DNA of 64,000 nucleotides from Haliotis rubra. Lineage: Eukaryota. Under the pieces are notes generated by a model. The model saw only the letters and a list, made by a program, of their open reading frames with translations. It searched no databases and was not told the origin of the DNA. The translations under genes and the position numbers were made by a program. The stretch covers positions 62,001 through 126,000 of the forward strand of contig NW_025767190.1 in the NCBI RefSeq assembly GCF_003918875.1. The letters are read 5' to 3'. Shown here piece after piece: positions 12,457 to 25,321 of this stretch; the first letter of the stretch is position 1; every line of letters starts with the position of its first letter.

Positions 12457-14697
12457 ACGGTAAGATCGTTATGTATTTAGGTGGCTGCCCACCTATCTGC
12501 TGGAGATAAAGTAACGGACAACTTTCTGTTTTTATTGTGGTCGTTTCCTTCTAGATGGGCGTAGTATCGAACTACCTGATAATGAGACAAGCCTCAGGAA
12601 GCTGCAGAATGGTCTTAACTGAGAATCCTCCCCTGTGACTCTACTGAATCCTTCAAAGGGCACTGAAACTAGTTTTGATGGTGTAAAACAACGAGCCATC
12701 TTATCGTGTCCGGCGCGCGATTCATTTCCCTCTTACATTCCTAACCTGGTTCACGAATGACAAGGCTTCTATAATTGTAGAGAACAATTCAGTCCAACAG
12801 GCCAGCTATGCACAGCACAAAAACACCAATATCTAGAATTCCTAGCCCAATGTTTGTGTCGGGCTGGTCTACAGTTTACAGTGGGCCGCCATGATTGTTC
12901 TCATAACTGTCAACATAGCTGAACATGATAGTATTTTCCTGACTCCTAACATTAGGAATCTCTTTGAAGGGCGCGGGAGTCGGCCAACACCTGAGCTCAT
13001 ATAGTCTATTCGTGGGTAAAGCTGTTGATAATAAAAAGGCTATTTGTTTCAGGCTAAAACCTCAGTTTGTAAGCTTTAGACGAGAAGGATTTGTTAGAAT
13101 CTCTCAGCATATGACCAACACCAGCCACAGTAACACGCTTATGTATTGTGTTAGGTTGTTTGATGAATATATCACAATACAGGGATATCGCTGGAGTTGA
13201 TAGGAGGTCCAGGGAGAACGTTATTGAAGTCGTTCCCATCGCTCCACATCATGGCGAGAAGGAAACAGAGAATACTACAGTTTCAACAAATACAACGCCA
13301 ACACTACTCGTTGTGTTATTCGAGATTTTAAACAAGAGCTTAAATAATTCTGGACACGATCTGTAACTGTAAGAATGACTTGTGGTTTAAAGTACCAACT
13401 GACTAACATCCCGTCTCTGAAATGAACATATTTTACAGAAAGTACGGTACCTACATTATATTCATTAAATATAATGAAAAAGATTTGTGGTAATCTAGGC
13501 TTGCCACATATTCTAGACTCGCGTGGGCTGTATTGGGTAAATTTGTTTCAGGGGCAGATAATCAGGTCAGGTTAATAGATTAACCTACCACCTGAGGCCA
13601 AGTGTCGATGACATACTTATCATTGCATTCCTTTGAATGTTTATCACGACCTACATATTGGTACTTGTAACCTGTAACGATATAACTGTAAATAGCTAAG
13701 ACAGGGTGAGCTGTGGACTGCTAAAGCCGGCAAACTCTAAGTTTATTCCGATTGTGGACTTAAACTATCCCATCCAAACATGATGCTTCGCTGTTTCGCC
13801 AAGTTTGCAGATACTATGCGCATTTGTAGAAAGTGAGACAAAGCTTTCAGTACAGATGTCACCAAACCTCAAGTATATCAGTAGACGTGTAAGTGAAGCG
13901 AAGGGGTCTTTCTCAACCAGATGTCGCCACACTTCCATTACGTCAGTAGACGTGTAAGGTAGAACTTAAACCCCTCTCTACTGGAGCCACCAGACCATTC
14001 ACATGTTTGGTGAAAATTTGGGGGAACAAGATGTGTTATAAAGGTTCAGTTTCATGACAGGTATTGTGTTTATCTGTACTTTACATTATTATATACTTTT
14101 GTATTTCATCACAAATAATGACGGAATCCTGTAGATTTATTGTAGCACCCTGGTCCCTATTACCAGACCGTTCTCCTCTGATCCTGATTGTGTTTTACTT
14201 GTGTTCCAGCAATGGCTCCTGACCTACATCTTCTCAGACAACAATATTCACGACGTCAGGGCTCGCCAGACGTCTGGTCAATCTGCGAGTGTATTATTCA
14301 CCCACGGAATACTAATCACCTGAGTATGCAACGTCGTTGGCGGGCTGTCATCGACGCAGGAGATGAGCATACTTGTTCCAGCAGGTCTGAGACACCTGAC
14401 GCTCGCCCCAGGGAGTGAAAGGTCGTTTCCATGCCATACACTGGGGGGTCATGTGTTAAATAGTCACGTGTATGTTAATGGCTCTGAGGAAATGTGCATG
14501 AAACACGATCAGATTTAAATACGTTAATATCTGAAATACCTGCAGGTATGCCTGTCAGTACTACAGCTTTGTGTGAAAGTAGATGTTCTGTGTTATAGGT
14601 GTGTCACCAAGCCCCTACTGCGTAGGAAGTTATGCCATGATACCTGCTTCGTCTGGTCCACACCCAGGTATCTAAAAGCTCGGTTGTACTAAAAGAA

Positions 14698-14845
14698 TGA
14701 GTGAGTGAGTATAGATGTACGCCGCTTCTAGCAACATCCCAGCAACATCCCAGCAACATCATCACGGCTTCACACATTGTACCCATGTGGGGAATCGAAC
14801 CCGGGTCTTCGGCGTGACGAGCCAACGCTTTTACCACTAGGCAAG
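14698..14845 (-). mobile_element. SINE family A with imperfect 13-bp TSD
   Basis: tgtactaaaagaa (14685-14697) / tgttctaaaagaa (14846-14858); internal agcaacatccc triplication. Confidence 0.88.
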
Positions 14846-15224
14846 TGTTCTAAAAGAAACTGAGTGAGACATGAAGACATGTCAGAGACGCTTCATAATG
14901 TAATTGACGTTAATGGTCACCTCGATCTACCTGAATTTAATAAATGACGTATACGGCACGTAAAAGCTGTAATTACATTACGTACCATTTCGTTACATCT
15001 TGTATTACTCGTTATCACCCGTTAACATCCACTGTCATTTAGTGTTTTTAATATTTTCTTAAATAAAAAACTGTTAAACCCCTCTGTACACAGTGGTCAA
15101 CGGCTGTGATTCACCCGAATGAATGTCGATAGCACAATGTTTATGGCGTACTTCATACAACCTGTTTGTTTTTTGATGTTTAGCTTTTGTCTAATTATAT
15201 TGATAATTCATATATACAGTCGGG

Positions 15225-15345
15225 AAGCAATCGAGTCTAGACAAGACAACCCAGAGACATACATCGTGAGCACCCTATTCCGATAGTCGTTTCTAACGAC
15301 AAGCACGGGTTGCTGAAGACCAATTCTAACCCGATTCCTCACGGA
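15225..15345 (-). mobile_element. Short retroposon family B, internally deleted
   Basis: tagtcgtttctaacgacaagcacgggttgctgaagaccaattctaacccg matches the reverse complement of the family B head. Confidence 0.75.
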
Positions 15346-16747
15346 TTCACAAAGTCTGTCGGCAACTGGGGAGAATATTATTATAATGACGTGAGAGTTT
15401 AACATGTTACAGTTAACTTTTTCCCCATTTATCACAATAACTGTAAATATATTGGTTTTTATAAATTCCGTTTGATTGTTTGGGTGTAGGTCAGTTATAC
15501 CAGTGACAGACATGTGCAGTCAACCAACTCACAGAACCTGGCCACACAGTTCCTGTAGCAATCAAGCATATATTGGCGGGATAGCTATTCTAACCTGGAA
15601 TGTTATACCGAGTGTTCTTTAAGAAGTTAACGCCGTCTGTAATTAAGGTGTAAACTAATTATCCACGCCCGGCCTATTTGACTACTCTTTGGGATTTTAC
15701 CAAAATTGTAAACATCTTAGACTTAAATCACTTCCGGATTTCCCCCAGCATGGTGCTGACACATCTGACCAAAGTACTGGACTTCCATTCTGTCTGCAGT
15801 ATATCTTGAACCTTTAACATGAATTCAGGTTACAAACAGCTCGTCTCGTCTCAGTGTAATGGGATCTCGGAATGCACTGGCAGGAATCCCTATAAGAACT
15901 GGTTCCGTCCACGTGACAAACAAAACCCCTGGGTCGGTAATAGTGTGACTGAAAAACTAATTTCTGGTGAGCAAACGATACATTATCTTCAAAAAGTGCC
16001 GTGAAGTAATTCAAAGGATATATTGTTAGACCCGCCGTTACAGCGTAATTCATGTTATGGCACAACACCATTTCTACCAAACGTCTTCAGTCTGTCATAC
16101 AAAAAATGAAACTGATATAATCAAGAAAGCCCATTCAAGTCAATAATATGTGCCAGGTCCAGATTACGGCAATTTCACTTGAATACTTCTTTTTTTATTT
16201 AAAAAAAAGTTAATTTAAGAAACGTTTCTCTGTTAAATATGTTTATTTCAGAGACTAGATGTAAGTACGAAGTATTGTACAAAGAAAACAGTACCGGAAT
16301 GAACCGAATGCATCGGAATGGTTCCGCACTACTGATGGTTGCTTTTCCAACATGGGAACACGATGTTCAGGACAGTACCACCCAGTCGTTACAAGGTTAC
16401 CCTTGCCGTGTCATACACGTGGGGCATGTGTTATTGTTTGCTCATCATTGTAGACGGACTGGGGTAGGGGGGGGTTAATGGTGCTGTTTGAACACAACGC
16501 CGGGGAATGCCCCAGTGTTTACGTCTCCCCTGATTAACAGCAACACGCTTTGTGGTAGTTGGAGTGAAAACATCAACACTATCATAGACATCAACAACAA
16601 ACATTACGGTTGTTATCGGTTCTTGTGAACAGCGTTGATGAACAAAGTGACAGATATTCAGTGACGCATATATACTGTTGTACTGAAGAATCGTTAGGAT
16701 GGGGTTAATAGCTGTAAAGGTCACGTCAGATAGTCAGGTGTACTAGA

Positions 16748-16773
16748 ACGTCACGTCACGTCACGTCACGTCA
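16748..16773. repeat. (ACGTC)n pentanucleotide microsatellite
   Basis: acgtc repeated five times. Confidence 0.9.
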
Positions 16774-18385
16774 GTTGCTAAGAAGATCAACCTGCTGTAT
16801 TTTGAAATTTGAGGTCGTTTCACTCAGAAAACGAAACATTTGCTTCTGGTCTGGAACCGAGAGTTTGTACAAATCAGTATCAATCACTGTTTGATGTCAT
16901 GGTAGAAGGTAGTGTATATCAACGACAGGTAAGCTACTTAGATTTACCCATACCCTTTACATCACCACAGCAAAAATAACTTCGTTTCCATTTTTGCGGA
17001 AACCTAATGGATACTGGGTAATGTACGTTTCCGCTAGGTTTCAGCATCCGGAAACAGACAATGTGAGTTTCCGCGTAGTTTACCAAACTGAAACTAACAA
17101 ATCTAGGTTTCCGTCTGATTTCTACAACTGAAACTGTCATTATGAGTTTCCATTTAGTTTCAGGTCGCTGAAAGATTCATAGCAAAATGACTTAGTTGTT
17201 GCGGAAACCTATTGGATACTGGGTAATGTAGGTTTCAGCTAGGTTTCTGTACCCGGAAACTAACAATTCTGTTGATTTCAGCTTAGATGAAATGGCAAAC
17301 TTAGCTTTGTGTTGTTCCATTGGGGGCTATATTAGTTTACTGTTACACTTGTAAAATAATTTCTATATACAGTATCCAGCTTGGGTCCATGCAGGGAGGA
17401 AAAGCAATAGCCCATTTTATACTGTACTGTTAAAGTGTTTATGGTTATATGTTTTTTAGTGTACATTTGTGATAGACTAGTTATTTTACTGTCTTTCGAA
17501 GACAGGTAAAAATTTTTATATATCGCACACATTTAAATTTCCAAGGTTAGTTTCAGCGACTGGAAACTACCGGAAACCAACAAAGTTAGTTTCCAGAACC
17601 GGAAATTTAAAGTAAAGTATCATTGGTAGTTTCCATTGCATAAAGCAGCTGGAAACCATCATTGATGGGACCGTCAATGAAACGAACGAACGAAATTACT
17701 CCATATATACCAGTATATACAGCATATAACCGACATTAACCTACGCTAAACTGTCTATGTATTCCATGTATATAAGTTTCAGTTTAGTGATCTCAGTGTT
17801 TTTGTACACCAGAATTCAAATAAAAGATACTGTCACATGAAAGAAGAATAATTTCAGGAAAAGTTAAACCATATTACGGAAACTTAAGATTCTACTTTGT
17901 CTCCTTAACGATTTGTTAGGTACACTCACAGATGCCTTAAACTTTTAAATTACTGAAGAACCGGTAAGGCTCCATTAGGTTTCAGTTACCCATTGGCTTT
18001 TCATTTGTTTTTCTCAAAGTGATACATACTAACACAACTAACTGGGAGTGGTTATGCACATTACACATATCTGTACTAAAAAGGACAATAATTTCGTAAA
18101 TGTCCAATAAAGAACATAATACAGGCTTCAACAAATTACACAGTAGACTTATAGATATAAAATATGTTTAAGTTTAACGTCATCTGCCAGTGGTGAAAAA
18201 TGTTGGGATTGAAAGAAAATGAAGTCAATGAACGTTTTGCCTTTTAATTATAGCATTATCATTATTGATCCATTATCATATTTATAAGCACTTTGGAACC
18301 TCATATATTTATTAAATGGCTTTCTAGATATGTCATAGAGTACCTAAAATATAAGGGAATCAGTTTACGACCTGAAAAAACTAAG

Positions 18386-18445
18386 AGATCTTGTTGGGTA
18401 CGCCCCTGGATTATCAGAAGAGGAGAGGTGGGGGCTTATAACTCA
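18386..18445 (+). pseudogene. Fragment resembling a PIF/Harbinger transposase N-terminus
   Basis: RSCWVRPWIIRRGEVGAYNS resembles the W-V-R-P-W-x-x-R-R-x-x-x-G-x-Y motif I recognise from Harbinger-type transposases; no DDE domain follows. Confidence 0.5.
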
Positions 18446-20460
18446 CATGAACAATGTTGTTTGTGGAATAATTTTGTTGAATGCTACAAGAAAAATGCAA
18501 ACAAAATACAGATATCAAACCAACTAACGTTATAACAAAACTAATGGGCTATTACCTTGTTCGAGAAAAGTATCCATCAGTATCCACATAATGGAACGAT
18601 ATGCCATTCATCGGCAGCTGCCCCCAAAACTGTTCCATGTCACGTGACCGGGTTTCACTGGACACCAAAGATAATACACCTGACAAGTTTTTACATAATG
18701 TCACAATTCTTTAAAAACGGTGCATGTTGTTTTAAGGGATTAGCTTTCTGAAATACCTAGCGAAATAGGTGACACGAACTCACCCCTTGTTCACTTACAT
18801 GATGAAAATCAATGAAATTGAACTCACTTAGCTTGTTTTGATTGATATGAGTAAGCACCAACTCATCAATTTTGGTACATAATATGCTGGCCATACTGGT
18901 CATCACTTTTATTATGGCAAACAGCAGTTACATGTGTAAAGTAAAAGTTCATTCCGACTTCACGAGGCTGTATGTATGGATGGTACATCTTGGATGTCCT
19001 GGGTATGTTGTAGAGTCTCAGCTGTCTCCACTGTCGATGATATAGTCACCAAACATCCTGACATACGTAACCACGAACGTGTCAACAATGATATAAAGGT
19101 ATAATTTATAAATATCCGCTGTGACAATGAATACAACATGTAAGATAAATATATTTTACAATACCACTGATGATTTGTCAACAGGAAGAATAAATGTACT
19201 TGCGTTCGCAGAAACAGTTTCATACTTAATGAAACTGCAGTGTAGACTGGATGTGTACTATGTACATGTATTATGAAATTGTTTTATCATTATGATGATT
19301 AAAATAATTTGTCCCAAGATGTCATTTTAATGGATTTTATTGTTGTTGCCATGTCATGAATATGTAAAATATTATCTAACATCTGGTATTTGCTACGGAT
19401 ATCACTTCGTTGTACAATTTATTTTGTTTTCAACTTGGGAATTTAGTGTTACCTGCATGCCTATCATCACAGATTATGTCCATTGTTCTCCAAGTGCGGT
19501 CAACCTGAAAATCCCTGTGTGTCGCCCATATTGTTGTTACAAACATCACAAATACTAAACCTTTTCAGTATACGTTAGTAACTCTACAAACATAAAGACT
19601 ATCTTTTGACGGGCCCTTTGACAAAGACGTCGTGCAAGATAAAAGTAATAAATCAATTAGCGTGTTATCGGTTAATCCTTTCATCTGTGTTTGTTTTTAA
19701 CTCAGCTGATAATTCCTTTTGCTGCTCCTGCATGCATATATTACATAACATGTAGTTCACTAGATGACCATCAAGTGAATGATGACAAATAAACGGGTAA
19801 AATCGTTGTATTGCATGCAATATTAATTGCCTACAGAATCTTAGGGAACTACGCTGTGTGGTTTTAAAATAATAGGTCATCAACCATCACATTGTTCTTG
19901 ATATGATTAAATATCAGGTAATAGTTTTAAAGAAATACACAGAAATAGGATCAAATTGGATCGGTCATATACGATCAACGCAACGGAAAATCTGAAAAAG
20001 CTTATACTGACTGCTGGAGTACTTTATTACGGGAAATACATCCACTGTTCTTATTGTTTCATTCTTTAGGTTGAGGAAATTCTGCCATGGTTGACAGCTG
20101 CCCAGTCCCTGGGTCCGTCACGGTCGAGGTAGCATGTGCTGCAGTCAGACCACATACTAAAATTGTTGTCCCGAAACCGGAAGCGCTTGATTTGGAGTGA
20201 ATGAGGCGTCGCGAGATGTGACGGACATTGTAAAACAAACAATTTACATAAACACATATTGCAGTTATCAGTGTTTTCCAAGCTTATGAAGGGTAAGCAG
20301 ACTATTGGCATGTTAACAATAGAAATGAAAAAGCAACCTAATTGACTACCCATAAGTCTTTGTTTGAAATGCCGCCATCTTTGTTCAAACGTACACGCGC
20401 GAGGATTGGAAAAACTTCGTTGTTGTTTCCAAGTAAGTCTATGAGAGTAAGGTAGTAGAA

Positions 20461-21816
20461 ATGGCAGTCTGTATACTTGCTATAGTTTTCTTGACACATG
20501 GCAACAAACTTGACAATCGAAGCTTTGGAAACAAGGATCCGGGAACTCAAGCTGATCTCAACGGAAACCCAAGACAGAGAAATTGGCAGGTAGGTTTCAG
20601 ATAAAATTAATTATTTTCTTCTTATCATAGCAGTCAGTTTGCATCGAATTAAACGTTTTCGGTAGGACCCGGAACCTTTATCGTACATTAACTGTGCGCT
20701 CGCATTTCGATTTCTCCCACGGTTATAAATGTGAACATTGCATTTTGGTGTGAAATTTGTTAAAAAACAACATTATTGTTGATACCAACTGAACATTCCG
20801 TTAAAATATAACCATAAGACAAGTATACCCTTGTGTTCCTGTACGTTGAGTCTGATGTTTATATAATTTTGATTTCCTGCGGCAGCTCATTTTGTTGCTG
20901 GGCACAACCAACACCATAACCAAATATTTATTCTTCAGTCATTTTTCTGAGTGTAATTTTGTCTCAGTATTATTCTTTTCTTGTCGGACTATTTCAATTA
21001 TGTATCCAGCTAAATTGGAACCGTGTACTGGAGCGGTGTTTATATAAGACACTTGGCTTGTTCACCTTTCCAGGTTATTGATGGAATAAAAATATATTTT
21101 AAGAAATTGTTATACATGTATCCAGCAAGGCAACAAATATAGATGAAACCAGTAGTTCATGATATTCCGGTGGAAAATATTACCAATCGACATATGTTCA
21201 TGATCCAAATGTGTGTCTCTTTTTGTTTTAGGCTATTGTGAGAAGAATCATGGAAAAGTTCCCGGAGTACCTTGAAAATCGATTAAAAGTTACTTATTTA
21301 AGGTAAAAAAACTTACCCCAAGTTTTATTATTGCTCGTCATCATAATCAAGATATATGTTGGGTTTTATAAGATTAGAGACGTCAGTATTACAAAATACA
21401 ATTAATTCGTTTATTGTTCACCATTGGGTAAATCTAGCATCTAATTATTTCATTGTTAGGTATCTAGTACTAGCAGTAGAATTGACATAGCATACTATTA
21501 TGTAGTGCATATTTGCTGCATAATCATGTCTGTCATGTTAATAGAAAACTTCTCACGCCCGGGCTGTAATGCATATACGTGTAGTTGATATACCACAATT
21601 ACTTATTACTTGGTTTGATACATGATAATAATCAAACTTATGAATGTTTGTGTCGGATTGTAATAATCTATTATTGGACGAATGAAACTTAATTCATTTG
21701 CTTTTCTTAATAGAAACCTTTTGGATAATCTGGAGGAGCAAGACGGACGATCGACGTCGGCAGACTACAGGAAAGAAAACACAGGAAAGATGCTAAAAAG
21801 AAACAAAAGAATCTGA
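20461..21816 (+). CDS. Putative 3-exon, 100-aa transposon-borne gene of unknown function (may be decayed)
   Basis: Exons 20461-20589 (CAG|gtagg), 21232-21302 (ttttgttttag| ... AG|gtaaa) and 21714-21816 (ttttcttaatag|, TGA) splice in frame; a further donor gtaagt lies at 21820 and AATAAA downstream. Confidence 0.4.
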
Positions 21817-22791
21817 TCTGTAAGTTCCTGAAACTGGATAATATAATATAATTTGTACCGGTTTATACACTTCCTGACACCAGTTTAAAACACTCTGAGT
21901 CACTGACATGATGTGCTACATATTATCACATCGCTATATACCTGTAATAGAATAACTTTCCTTATCACATGTCATTACCCATCACCGTAATGTGCCATTA
22001 TCTAATTAGAACAAGTGCCGCACTCAAGAATAAATGTTGGACATAACTTTCGCAGTGCAAGAATTTCATTTTTTTCCCCAGAAACTCCAACACCTCCTGA
22101 AGAATCTAGCTGGGCAGAGAAAAGAACACAGAAGGTGGCTGCAGTCCTAACCCTTGAATTGACATCGCCAGTGGTGTCTGAAGCTCCAGCGGCAAAATGA
22201 AGAACTTGCGACACCATCCAACAAGATTCTTTCCAACCACCTAAAGGTCTTAGGAATAGGATGGAATGTCTAAATGTACATTCAATTATCTCCTGTAGTC
22301 ACCCTGTTTAGGACAAGAACATCTGTCTCTCTCTCTCTGTCCCTCTGTGTGCTTTGTGCCAATGTTTAATTGTAACATTGAAACATAGATATGATATATA
22401 TGTTTATGATGAATAAAGAGAAATCGATTGACATGCCTGATTTTGTATTTATTTATTTCTATGTCCATGTGGTGTTGAGGTAACTGTAGTTGAAATGAGT
22501 TTATTTTATATTTCAATGTATCATGAATAAAATATATGACCTAATACATTCAAATATATAATACACTCATTTCACCTACAGTTAATTTAGTTGAATAATC
22601 ATAATTTAATATGGACATATGGTAATCACTGAATACTAATGATTGAAACCAAATGGAGCCATACAGATTCTGATTTACTGAAACTTATGGAACATGGTAA
22701 ATGTGTTTAATAGAATCGAAATTCACAGGGAATCATAATTGAACTAAGTAAATACAATGTATATGAAACCATCTAAAAGTAGAGGATAAGG

Positions 22792-22990
22792 GAAACCCAA
22801 TGGAACCTCATAGGAATCTGCGTAACGGAAACGCACTGGAACCATACAGGAATCTGGGTTACGGAAACGCACTGGAGCCCTACAGGAAAAAGGGTAACGG
22901 AAACGCACTGGAGCCTTACTGGAAAGTGGGTAACGGAAACGCACTGGAGCCCTTACTGGAAACTGGGTAACGGAAACGCACTGGAGCCAT
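22792..22990. repeat. 36-bp subterminal tandem repeats of the transposon (about 6 copies)
   Basis: ggaaacgcactggagcc-tac-ggaaa--gggtaac repeated. Confidence 0.9.
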
Positions 22991-23146
22991 GCCGGTTTCT
23001 GGGTAATTTGTAAGTTTCCGTTTTCCGGAAACTTGAAGGAAATGTAGAGAAACGTTCCGGAAACCTAGTTGAAACGTAAGTTTCCATTTTGTTTCCGTTA
23101 GGTTTCCGGGGTCCGGAAACCAAGTTATTTTTGCTGTGCACATTAG

Positions 23147-23772
23147 GTACATAGGTGTATACAGCTATCACGTCATATAAATAGGTGTATACAGGTATCA
23201 CGTCAGATACATAGGTGCATACAGCTGTCACGTCAGATACATAGGTGTATACAGCTATCACGTCAGATACATAGGTGTATACAGCTGTCACGTCAGATAC
23301 ATAGGTGCATACAGCTATCACGTCAGATACATAGGTGCATACAGCTATCACGTCAGATACATAGGTGCATACAGCTATCACGTCAGATACATAGGTGTAT
23401 ACAGCTGTCACGTCAGATACATAGGTGTATACAGCTGTCACGTCAGATACATAGGTGTATACAGCTATCACGTCAGATACATAGGTGCATAGGTGTCAGA
23501 TACATACAGCTATCACGTCAGATACATAGGTGTATACAGCTATCACGTCAGATACATAGGTGTATACAGCTGTCACGTCAGATACATAGGTGCATACAGC
23601 TATCACGTCAGATACATAGGTGCATACAGCTATCACGTCAGATACATAGGTGTATACAGCTATCACGTCAGATACATAGGTGCATACAGCTGTCACGTCA
23701 GATACATAGGTGTATACAGCCATCAGATACGTCAGCTGTCAGATACGCTGATACAGTATCACGTCAGATACA
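23147..23772. repeat. 30-bp minisatellite (about 20 copies)
   Basis: Unit gatacataggtg(t/c)atacagct(a/g)tcacgtca; source of the YVSDVIAVYT ORFs. Confidence 0.97.
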
Positions 23773-25321
23773 AACAGTGTAGGTATATACATTTGCGCCA
23801 CTTACCACAGGTAGCACAATCACAAGTACAACCTTTGTGATCACAGTCCGCAAAGCAATGTTCATACATTTCGAAATCGACTTTACTGAGACATTACGAC
23901 ATTACTTAAGTGGGCCTGTCAGCTGAATGTATGGGTAAAGCCCGAGATGTGCACCACTTTAGTGAAGTCAAGGAGCAAAAGCTGCTGACAAACATAGACA
24001 CATAATCCGGGCGACTTGGAAGCCCGATGAAAGCTCTGTGCTACGATAAAGGGACGCAACTCCGCAAAGCGAATTCCGACGCCTAAACCATCTGGCAATC
24101 TGAACACACCGTCAACGGAAATGCTCATAATTCTTAAAACAATTCGTGACAAGATCCACTGGGGTCGAATCCCAGTTTCTCTCCGAGATTGAACCTTGCT
24201 TTCAGGAAGAATCAGCAATAATTGGTTTAATTAACTTGTAAACGCCTGCGTTCACTTCGACCTTAATACTCATTTAAATACTAAATACAGGTGAAACATA
24301 TTGTAAAAACTACATCGCTATACTTTGAGTAAAAGATAAGTACACTTTAGCGACAGGTACAGATATACATAATTGAAAATAGTCATAAACGTAACTGTGC
24401 CGTTAAAATGCAACCTTATTTTCTTGAATGTTTTCATAAACTTCATAAAATCTTATATTTAGACAATACAAATAGCAAACAGGGTTTTGTTTGTAGATTC
24501 TACATCTTACATATAGCGATGCTTCATTCTCTAGAACGTTTCCAGCGATAAATAACGAGATTGCTGTCGAGCCGAGCCGTTCTTCACGTTCTCCAGGAGA
24601 ATGTTTCCCAGACATATTGACTAATCTTTGCAAGGCGATATCTTTCTTTTTTTTCAGCCTTTTTTCAACAACTATCGCGGTGTTTGCTAATATTTCTTGT
24701 TACTTAGTTGTTCTGCTGTCATTAATCCAATATTTGACAACTTTTCTGACACGCTCTTTCATCACAAGCGTCTGTTGACGCCATTCCCAAGCTTGACTGT
24801 CAGAATGTCGTACCTCTAATTAAATACGCGTTGAAGCCAGCTGCCGCCCAAACCAATATGCTACATTCTAACCTCGTGTAAATGTGACCATGGAAATGGA
24901 TTTCCATAAATAACACTTCAAGGATACTTTTGTTTTTGGAAAAAACGTTGACAGATATGGAAAAAAAGTGGGTACAACACCGATGACGTGGCTGTGGAGT
25001 AAAAAATAGTGAGAGATGCTTTGTATAGTTGTGGCGGAAAATAACGACCATGACCTTGACAAACACGGTTCTACCGACAGAATGAACGGCTACGCGAACA
25101 TTGACTTTGGGCAGAATGTTAGACACACACTTCAGTATGTGAGTAGGTGAGTGAGTGAGTTTACACCTCTGTTAGTGAGGGAGTAGGGGGATGGATGGGT
25201 GGGTTGGTGAGTGAGTGAGTTTACACCAATAGAAGCATTTCTCCAGCACTTACATGAATTACAGAAATATTAGACACACTTCAGTGGGTGAAAAGACAGG
25301 GATTCAGTGTGGACAATCATA

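Larger units (their letters stand above)
16966..23138. mobile_element. 6.17-kb TIR DNA transposon, CACTA/CMC (EnSpm)-like, no intact transposase
   Basis: TIR cacagcaaaaataacttcgtttcc (16966-16989) versus ggaaaccaagttatttttgctgtg (23115-23138), 23/24 match; 3-bp TSD cac (16963-16965, 23139-23141); dense ggaaac/gtttcc subterminal repeats at both ends. Confidence 0.85.

Noticed and set aside
14188-14418. SMQRRWRAVIDAG as a Tc1 C-terminus
   Set aside because: Too short; the DNA also resembles a LINE 3' UTR, so the origin is ambiguous.
22792-23772. 36-bp and 30-bp arrays as CRISPR, or the 172-aa and 115-aa ORFs as repeat proteins
   Set aside because: Head-to-tail tandem repeats without spacers; the ORFs arise because the unit length is a multiple of three.
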